NCBI GenBank assembly: GCA_031441465.1
Contig: JANOEP010000066.1
Location: forward strand, 32,001 to 96,000
Length of the DNA: 64,000 nt
Reading direction: 5' to 3'
Source of the DNA: a bacterium
GTDB taxonomy: Bacteria; Krumholzibacteriota; Krumholzibacteriia; LZORAL124-64-63
Shown: piece by piece, positions 57,428 to 64,000 of the stretch
Layout of the letters: each line of letters begins with the position of its first letter
Position numbering within the stretch: the first letter of the stretch is position 1
Notes under the pieces: model-generated
What the model was told of the DNA's origin: nothing
Databases searched by the model: none
The model's input: only the letters and a program-made list of their open reading frames with translations
Program-made: the position numbers and the translations under genes

Positions 57428-59308
57428 ATGATGAAACGCTGGACCCTGATGGCGTTGCTGCTGATCGCCATGGCGGCCATGTGGGGCTGCTCGAGCGACG
57501 ACGATCCCGTGGATCCGCCGGTCACGACCCCGTTCGAGACGATGGCCGCGGCGGTCGAGGCCTACCTCAACGACAACACGGACTGCCCGGGCGTGGTCTC
57601 GGCGCAGGCCCTGCATGACAACCTCGACGACTACACGGTTGTGGACATTCGCTCGGCGGCCGACTACTTGGCCGGCCACATCCCCGGCGCCTACAACTCG
57701 TCGCTCGCCACTATCCTGACGGACGTGGGCACGACGATCCCCACCGACAAGACCATCGTCGTCGCCTGCTACAGCGGCCAGACCGCCGGGCACGCGAAGA
57801 TCGCCCTGGAGCTCTCGGGCGTCGAGGACGTCAAGACCTTGGGCTTCGGCATGGCGTCCTGGAGCAGCACCCTGGCCGGGGTAATGAACACCAACATCGG
57901 CGACAACCTGCTGGCTCCCGAGACGACGAACAACAACGGTGGACTGACCGTGCATGAGTTCCCGACGCTGACCGGCACCAACGCGACGGTCGTCGCCGAG
58001 CGCGTGGCCGCCATGATCGCGGGCGGCTTCAAGTCGATCAACTACTCGGAGATCCGCGACAACCTGGACGACTACTACATTGTGAACTATTTCGGCGAGG
58101 CGGACTACCTCGGCACCGGCACTGCCGGCGTCCCCGGCCACATCCCCGGCGCTTACCAGTTCACGCCCTACGCCAGCCTCGGCCTCGAGCAGATGCTCGA
58201 CAAGCTGCCCAGCGACGGCACCACGATCGTCGTCTACTGCTGGTCCGGCCAGCACAGTAGCCAAGTCACCGCGGCCCTGAACATGTTGGGCTACAACGCC
58301 AAGTCGCTGAAGTTCGGCGCCAACCACCTGTTCCACAGCGCGCTGACGACCAACAACTGGTCCGCGGCCTCGACCCACGACTTCGAACTCGAAGTCGGCG
58401 GCGCGCAGACGCCCGAGTTCGCGGCCATGTACGCGGCCGTCGACGCCTACCTGAACGACAACACCGACAGCCCGGGCGTGATCACCGCCCAGGCGCTCTA
58501 CGACAACTTCGACGACTACACGGTCATCGACATCCGCTCGGCGACCGACTACGCGGCCGGACACATCACGGGTGCCTACAATTCGAGCCTGGCCACGCTG
58601 CTGAACGACCTGGTCGGGACGATCCCCGCCGACAAGCCCTACGTGGTCACCTGCTACACCGGCCAGAGCGCCGGCCACGCCAAGGTCGCGATGGAGCTGA
58701 TGGGCTACGAGGAAGTCAAGTCGCTGAAGTGGGGCATGTGCTCCTGGAACTCGACGCTCGCCGGCCGTTTGAACGACAACGTCGGCGACTACCTGCCCAT
58801 GGCCGAGACGACGAACAACAACGGATCGCTGACCGCCCGCGCCTACCCGACGCTGGCGGACGAGGATCCCGCGACCGTGGTCGAGGACCGCGTCGCCGCC
58901 ATGCTGGCGGCCGGGTTCCAGAGCGTCACCTGGACGGCGCCGACGCCGCCGGATCTGACTCCCTACTTCATCGTGAACTACTTCGGCGTGGCGGACTACG
59001 AGGGCACCGGCACCAACGGCGTTCCCGGCCACATCCCCGGCGCCTTCCAGTTCACGCCCTACACGAGCCTGAAGATCGGCGAGATGCTGCCTTACCTGCC
59101 CAGCGACGGCACGCCCATCCTGGTGTACTGCTGGACCGGTCAGACCAGCAGCCAGGTCGTGGCGGCCCTGAACATGCTGGGCTACAACGCCAAGTCGCTG
59201 AGCTACGGCTCCAACCGGCTGTTCCATACTTCGCTGCTGGCGAACAAGTGGACGGCGGCCGAGACGCACGATTTCCCGCTCTCGACGGCGGTCCCGGCCC
59301 TGTTCTGA
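57428..59308 (+). CDS. Four-domain rhodanese (sulfurtransferase) lipoprotein built from an internal duplication
   Basis: AAGGAG RBS, lipobox MWG-C; GHIPGA/GHITGA x4; active loops CYSGQTA, CWSGQHS, CYTGQSA, CWTGQTS. Confidence 0.88.
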   Translation: MMKRWTLMALLLIAMAAMWGCSSDDDPVDPPVTTPFETMAAAVEAYLNDNTDCPGVVSAQALHDNLDDYTVVDIRSAADYLAGHIPGAYNSSLATILTDVGTTIPTDKTIVVACYSGQTAGHAKIALELSGVEDVKTLGFGMASWSSTLAGVMNTNIGDNLLAPETTNNNGGLTVHEFPTLTGTNATVVAERVAAMIAGGFKSINYSEIRDNLDDYYIVNYFGEADYLGTGTAGVPGHIPGAYQFTPYASLGLEQMLDKLPSDGTTIVVYCWSGQHSSQVTAALNMLGYNAKSLKFGANHLFHSALTTNNWSAASTHDFELEVGGAQTPEFAAMYAAVDAYLNDNTDSPGVITAQALYDNFDDYTVIDIRSATDYAAGHITGAYNSSLATLLNDLVGTIPADKPYVVTCYTGQSAGHAKVAMELMGYEEVKSLKWGMCSWNSTLAGRLNDNVGDYLPMAETTNNNGSLTARAYPTLADEDPATVVEDRVAAMLAAGFQSVTWTAPTPPDLTPYFIVNYFGVADYEGTGTNGVPGHIPGAFQFTPYTSLKIGEMLPYLPSDGTPILVYCWTGQTSSQVVAALNMLGYNAKSLSYGSNRLFHTSLLANKWTAAETHDFPLSTAVPALF

Positions 59309-59330
59309 TCCGACTCGAAATCGGCGGGAA

Positions 59331-59360
59331 GTGGCGGGGGGCCGAGAGGCTCCCCGCTAT
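59331..59360 (+). terminator. Hairpin after rhodanese gene, possible terminator
   Basis: GTGGCGGGGGGCC-GAGA-GGCTCCCCGCTAT with GNRA loop; weak U-tract. Confidence 0.5.
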
Positions 59361-59485
59361 CTGTAAGGACCGTTAACCAGCAGGACCGAGCGGGGCAATC
59401 CCATAGCGGGATTAAAGTTGACAAATTAATATCAATCGTTAACTTTGGGAGGCAGGGGGTCGCTGACCGCATCGGGAGGGTGGCC

Positions 59486-60094
59486 ATGTCCAGAACACGC
59501 AACCTGGAACGACGCGACGAAATCCTCGAGAACGCGTCCAGGCTCTTCGCCCAGCACGGCTTTGAAGGTGCCTCGATCCGCCTCATCGCCCGAGAGTGCG
59601 GGATCACCGAGGCGGCCATCTACCGCTACTTCGAAAGCAAGGAACACCTGTTCGAGTCGGTGGTGCGGGCCAAGGCCCGCGCGCACGACATCGAGGGGTA
59701 CCTCGTCGGGCAGCGCAAGCTCGGCGACGTGCTGCAGGTCCTGACGACGGTGGCCCACCACATCCACCAGCTGTCGCGCGATGATCCGCTGCTGCTGCCG
59801 CTGATGGTGATGAGTTCGCTGGGCACCCACCGCGGCAACGACGTGCTGTTCTGCGAGCTGCGCCTGCCCTACATCCGCTTCCTGGCGCGGGAGCTGGCCG
59901 AGCGGCGGGACGCCGGCGAGGTCAAGAACGTCGACCCCTACATCACGGCGCGCTGCTTCGTGGGGATGATCATGGCCTGCGCGCTGAACGCGGACCAGTG
60001 GCGCGACTTCGAACGTCTGGACCTGTCGGCCGCGACGGTGATCGACAACAACATCCCGATCTACGCCGACGGCCTGCGGGCCGTGCCCGCCTAG
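59486..60094 (+). CDS. TetR/AcrR family regulator, paralog of 55268..55903
   Basis: RRDEILENASRLFAQHGFEGASIRLIARECGITEAAIYRYFESK HTH. Confidence 0.92.
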   Translation: MSRTRNLERRDEILENASRLFAQHGFEGASIRLIARECGITEAAIYRYFESKEHLFESVVRAKARAHDIEGYLVGQRKLGDVLQVLTTVAHHIHQLSRDDPLLLPLMVMSSLGTHRGNDVLFCELRLPYIRFLARELAERRDAGEVKNVDPYITARCFVGMIMACALNADQWRDFERLDLSAATVIDNNIPIYADGLRAVPA

Positions 60095-61035
60095 CGCCGG
60101 CGAGAGCGCAACGCCGTCAGCAGGCTCCCCTTGATTCCCGCCCAGGTCGGGCGCACGGCGTTGCACTCCGCGTAGACGCGGCGCGCCTCGTCGTGGCGGC
60201 CGTCGCGGCCCAGGCCCCAGGCGTATCCCAGCTTCGCTTTCAGGATGATGTCCTCCAGGACCCGCCGCCGCGCGGGATCGGCGACGTACGGCCGCTGGCG
60301 CTCGCGCACCGCGATGACGGCCGGCAGGCGGCGCCAGCCGCGCGCCGTGACGCCGCCGTCGACCTTGCGGTAGGCGTGGCCGACGCGGTCCAGGAAGGCG
60401 AAGACCGCGCCCTCGCGGGCCAGGCGCAGCCAAAGGTCCAGGTCGTCGCCGTTGCGCAGCGTCTCGTCGAAGCCGCCGGCGGCCCGCAGCCGCGGTGCGC
60501 GCGCCACGACGCTCGAGGTGCCGACGAAGTTGGCGCGGATCAGGGCATAGTGCAGGTCGGGCCCCGAGAGCAGACCGACGTCCGGCAGGGGAGCGGGGCG
60601 CAGCAGCCGGCGGAATTCCCGGTACCCGTCCAGGAAGCGTTCCTGCAGGACGGCGCCGTCCGCGTCGATCACCTGGAAGTCGGTGAAGCAGAGGTCGACC
60701 TCGGGGCACGCGGCGAAGACCGCGGCCTGGGCCGCGAGCTTGCCGGGCCGCATGAGGTCATCGGCGTCGAACAGCGAAACCAGCTCGTCGCCGCAGTTCG
60801 CCAGGCCGATATTGCGGGGCCGTGAGGGGCCGCCGCTGTTGTCGATCCGCACCGCGGTCACGCGGTCCGCGCGGGCGGCGAGCACCGCGGCCGTGGCGTC
60901 GGTCGAGCCGTCGTCCACGACCACGACCGTGCGCGGCGGCGGCACTTGCGCGAGCACCGAGTCGAGGGTTGCCGGCAGGGTGGCCGCCGCCTGGTAGGCG
61001 GGCAGCACGACGCTGACGGGCGGCTGGTCGATCAT
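60091..61035 (-). CDS. Glycosyltransferase family 2
   Basis: VSVVLPAYQ, VVDDGSTD, GGPSRPRNIG, FDADD. Confidence 0.9.
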   Translation of the reverse strand: MIDQPPVSVVLPAYQAAATLPATLDSVLAQVPPPRTVVVVDDGSTDATAAVLAARADRVTAVRIDNSGGPSRPRNIGLANCGDELVSLFDADDLMRPGKLAAQAAVFAACPEVDLCFTDFQVIDADGAVLQERFLDGYREFRRLLRPAPLPDVGLLSGPDLHYALIRANFVGTSSVVARAPRLRAAGGFDETLRNGDDLDLWLRLAREGAVFAFLDRVGHAYRKVDGGVTARGWRRLPAVIAVRERQRPYVADPARRRVLEDIILKAKLGYAWGLGRDGRHDEARRVYAECNAVRPTWAGIKGSLLTALRSRRR

Positions 61036-61159
61036 GGGGGCATCTCCTCCGCGGGCACCCTAGCACAGGGGCCGCGACCGGTCAGCAGGCACTTGATCCG
61101 AGCCGCGCGGTCCCCCACAATGGCGGGCGACGACACTGACCCGAACCTCCGGAGCACCG

Positions 61160-62140
61160 ATGGAAGCCCGTGACAAGCTCGACCGCATCGCCGCCGGCTA
61201 CCAGGACGCCTTCATCCTGCTGACCGGCCTGCGCGTCGGCGTCTTCGACGCCCTGGCCGACGGGCCGCGCACCCCGGCGGAACTCGCCGCCCGGCTCGAA
61301 CTCGACACGCGGGCCCTGGACCTCGTGCTCCACGCCCTGGCCGCGGTCGGGATTCTGGTCAAGGAGGGCGATCGCTTCCGGATCGAAGCGGACTGCGCCC
61401 CGCTGCTGGTCGCGGACTCGCCCGCCACCATGGCCAGCATCTACCGCCACCACGACCGCCTGAGCCATCGCTGGATCCGGCTGGAGGAGACGCTGCGCAC
61501 CGGCAAGCCGGTCCCGCGCGACGGCGCCGGCCGCGCGCCGCGCGAGCACCGCGACTACATCTGCGGCATGGAGAACATCTCGCGCGGCAGCAGCCGCGAC
61601 GCGGCCGCCGCCATCGACTTCTCCGCGGCGCGACGCCTGCTGGACGTGGGCGGCGGCCCCGGCACCGCGTCGCTCGTCTTCGCCGCGGCGAATCCCGCCC
61701 TGCGCTGCGTCGTCTTCGACCTGCCCGAGACCACGGCCATCGCGCGCGAGATGATCGCCGCCTCGGGGTTCGCCGACCGCGTCACGGCCGTCGACGGCGA
61801 CTTCCACGCCGACGACTTCGGCGAGGGCTTCGACGTGGTCTACGTTTCGAACATCATCCACATGCTGCCGCCCGAGGCCACGGCGATGATCGCACGCAAG
61901 GCCCGCGCCGCGCTGGTCCCGGGCGGGCGGCTGATGTTCAAGGACTTCTACCTCGACGACACGCGCACCGCGCCGGCCCACGCGGCCCGGTTCGGCGTCA
62001 ACATGCTGGTCGGGACCGAGGGCGGGAAGTCGTACACCCTGACCGAAACGAAGGCCATCATGGCCGAGGCCGGGTTCGGCGCCTTCACGGAAGTGCCGGT
62101 GGGCGGCCGCAGCCTGGTGGTGATCGGAACGCGGCGCTGA
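61160..62140 (+). CDS. SAM-dependent O-methyltransferase (dimerisation + methyltransferase domains)
   Basis: N-terminal wHTH-like region, LLDVGGGPG, VFDLP, GDFH, SNIIH, LVPGGRL. Confidence 0.88.
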   Translation: MEARDKLDRIAAGYQDAFILLTGLRVGVFDALADGPRTPAELAARLELDTRALDLVLHALAAVGILVKEGDRFRIEADCAPLLVADSPATMASIYRHHDRLSHRWIRLEETLRTGKPVPRDGAGRAPREHRDYICGMENISRGSSRDAAAAIDFSAARRLLDVGGGPGTASLVFAAANPALRCVVFDLPETTAIAREMIAASGFADRVTAVDGDFHADDFGEGFDVVYVSNIIHMLPPEATAMIARKARAALVPGGRLMFKDFYLDDTRTAPAHAARFGVNMLVGTEGGKSYTLTETKAIMAEAGFGAFTEVPVGGRSLVVIGTRR

Positions 62141-62200
62141 CCGGCGCGGACGGTGAAAATAAGTGGGCGCGCCTCCGGCCGAAGGTCTATCCTGGTAGCC

Positions 62201-64000
62201 ATGAACGAACCAGCCGACGCGGGCCGCGCCCGCCCCAGCGACAGCCGGTCCAACCGACTCGGCGACGAGGCGTCCGCCTACCTGCGGCAGCACGCCGGCA
62301 ACCCCATCCACTGGCAGCCCTGGGACCGCGACGCCCTGGCGCACGCCCGCGACCGGGATCTGCCGATCTTCCTGTCGATCGGCTACGCGTCCTGCCACTG
62401 GTGCCACGTCATGGCGCACGAGGTCTTCGAGGACGCGGAAGTGGCCGCGCTGCTGAACGAGCGGTTCGTCTGCATCAAGGTCGACCGCGAGGAACGCCCC
62501 GACCTGGACGAGGCCTACATGGCCGCCGTGACGGCGCAGTCCGGTCGCGGCGGCTGGCCGCTGTCGGTGTTCCTGACCTCGGACCTGCAGCCCTTCCACG
62601 GCGCCACCTACGTGCCTCGGGCGCGCTTCCTGGAACTCTGCCACCGGATCGACGAAGCCTACCGCTCGCACCGCGGCGAGCTGCAGATCCAGGCGGGGCA
62701 GCTGGCCGGCGCGATCGCCGCCGTCCCGTTCGACGACGACGGGCCGCCCATCACGACGGACGCGGTGGCGGCCGTGGCGCGGCAGGGCCTCGCCCACCAC
62801 GACCCCGAATGGGGCGGTTTTCTGCAGCACCAGAAGTTCCCCACGCCGTTGCGGTGGCAGTTCCTGCTGCACCACCACCGCCGCACCGGCGACCCGCTGG
62901 CCGCCACGGCGCTGCGACGCACGCTGGAGGCGATGGCCACGGGTGGGATCCGCGACCACCTGGGCGGCGGTTTCCACCGCTACACGGTCGAGGAGACCTG
63001 GCTGGTGCCCCACTTCGAGATCATGCTCTACGACAACGCCCAGCTCGCGAGTCTCTACCTGGAGGCGGGCGCCGCCCTGGGTCAGCCGTGGTACCTCGGG
63101 GTGGCCCGCGACGTCCTGGATTTCCTGCTGGGCGAGATGCGCGATGGCGAGGGCGGCTTCTGCGCCAGCTTTGACGCCGACAGCGGCGGGCAGGAGGGCA
63201 GCTACTACGTCTGGACCCCGCAGGAGATCCTCGCGGCCGCGGGCGCGCGCGACGGGCCGCTGCTGGCGACCCTGCTCGGGGTGGCGCCCGGAGGCAACTT
63301 CGAGGGCCGCAGCATCCTGACGCGGCGCGTGGACGCGCCCCACGCGGCCATGCGGCACGGCCGCGAGCCGGCCGAGGCGGCGGCCTTGTTCGACCGTTTG
63401 CGCCCTCGACTGCGCGAGATCCGCGCAGCACGCACCGCACCGGCGCGGGACCGCAAGATCGTGACCGCCTGGAACGGCCTGGCGTTGTCGGCGCTGGCGC
63501 GGGCCTCCGCACAACTCGACGAGCCCGCCTACGGCCTGGCCGCCCGGCAAATCGCCGAACACCTCTGGTCGGCGCATCGCGACGCCCGTGGGCGCCTCGT
63601 GCGTGCGGTGACCGACGGCCGGCCCGCGGGCGAGGGCGTGCTCGACGACTACGCCTGCTTCGCCGAGGGCCTGCTGGACCTTTACCAGGCGACCGGCGAC
63701 GCCGAACAGCTGCGGCGCGCCCACGAGTTGCTGGACACCGCCGTGACGCTCTTCGCCGACGACGAACTGGGGTTCGCCCTGACGGCCCGCGACGTCGACC
63801 TGCCTCTGGGCCGGCGCGCCGATTTCTTCGACAGCGTCGAGCCCTCGGGCGCGGCCTCCCTGCTGCACGGCCTCTGGCGCGCGGCGCTGCTGGCGGGCGA
63901 CCAGGCGGGGCAAGCGCGCGTGGTCGACCACCTGCGCCGCCGCGGCGCGCTGCTGGAACGCGCCGGTCTGGAGATGGCCTGGTGGGCCGACGCGGCGCTG
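62201..64000 (+). CDS. YyaL/DUF255 thioredoxin-domain protein (3'-truncated by window edge)
   Basis: NRLGDEASAYLRQHAGNPIHWQPW, FLSIGYASCHWCHVMAHEVFED, KVDREERPD, GGWPLSVFLT, PHFEIMLYDNAQL; absent from ORF track because it runs off the end. Confidence 0.9.
   Translation, partial: MNEPADAGRARPSDSRSNRLGDEASAYLRQHAGNPIHWQPWDRDALAHARDRDLPIFLSIGYASCHWCHVMAHEVFEDAEVAALLNERFVCIKVDREERPDLDEAYMAAVTAQSGRGGWPLSVFLTSDLQPFHGATYVPRARFLELCHRIDEAYRSHRGELQIQAGQLAGAIAAVPFDDDGPPITTDAVAAVARQGLAHHDPEWGGFLQHQKFPTPLRWQFLLHHHRRTGDPLAATALRRTLEAMATGGIRDHLGGGFHRYTVEETWLVPHFEIMLYDNAQLASLYLEAGAALGQPWYLGVARDVLDFLLGEMRDGEGGFCASFDADSGGQEGSYYVWTPQEILAAAGARDGPLLATLLGVAPGGNFEGRSILTRRVDAPHAAMRHGREPAEAAALFDRLRPRLREIRAARTAPARDRKIVTAWNGLALSALARASAQLDEPAYGLAARQIAEHLWSAHRDARGRLVRAVTDGRPAGEGVLDDYACFAEGLLDLYQATGDAEQLRRAHELLDTAVTLFADDELGFALTARDVDLPLGRRADFFDSVEPSGAASLLHGLWRAALLAGDQAGQARVVDHLRRRGALLERAGLEMAWWADAAL

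Overview
GC-rich bacterial chromosomal segment. PorX-type regulator, gingipain-like C25 protease and FlgD-Ig/'PNPFNP' C-terminal domains suggest an FCB-group lineage (Latescibacterota/Krumholzibacteriota-like); this is inference only. Most of the window is housekeeping: HU, ltaE, nadE, rsmI, tmk, S41 protease, Met gamma-lyase, an ABC transporter, an M16 peptidase pair, pyrEF, serS, a two-component pair, tsaEB, rimI, accD, folC, ROK kinase, LptD, exonuclease, fur and alr. The most notable result is two genes that the ORF track splits at an in-frame TGA, each followed by a SECIS-like hairpin, i.e. probable selenoproteins. One is a UshA-like domain (CGU motif) fused to a tetraheme cytochrome (33914-35269). 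The other is a 10-11-heme lipoprotein cytochrome with a DG-U-GG motif (55906-57327). The second sits in an ~8 kb cluster (52.1-60.1 kb) with an MtrA/DmsE decaheme, an MtrB-like porin, a four-domain rhodanese lipoprotein and two Cys-conserving TetR paralogs. A shared 16-bp palindromic motif lies upstream of both operons of this cluster. It is a candidate outer-surface sulfur/selenium respiration module. Also seen: a 17/19 Fur box before a porin with a Cys-rich N-terminus, and a lower-GC LVIVD-repeat gene. No tRNA, rRNA, CRISPR array or transposase was recognised. All calls come from reading the sequence; no searches were run.
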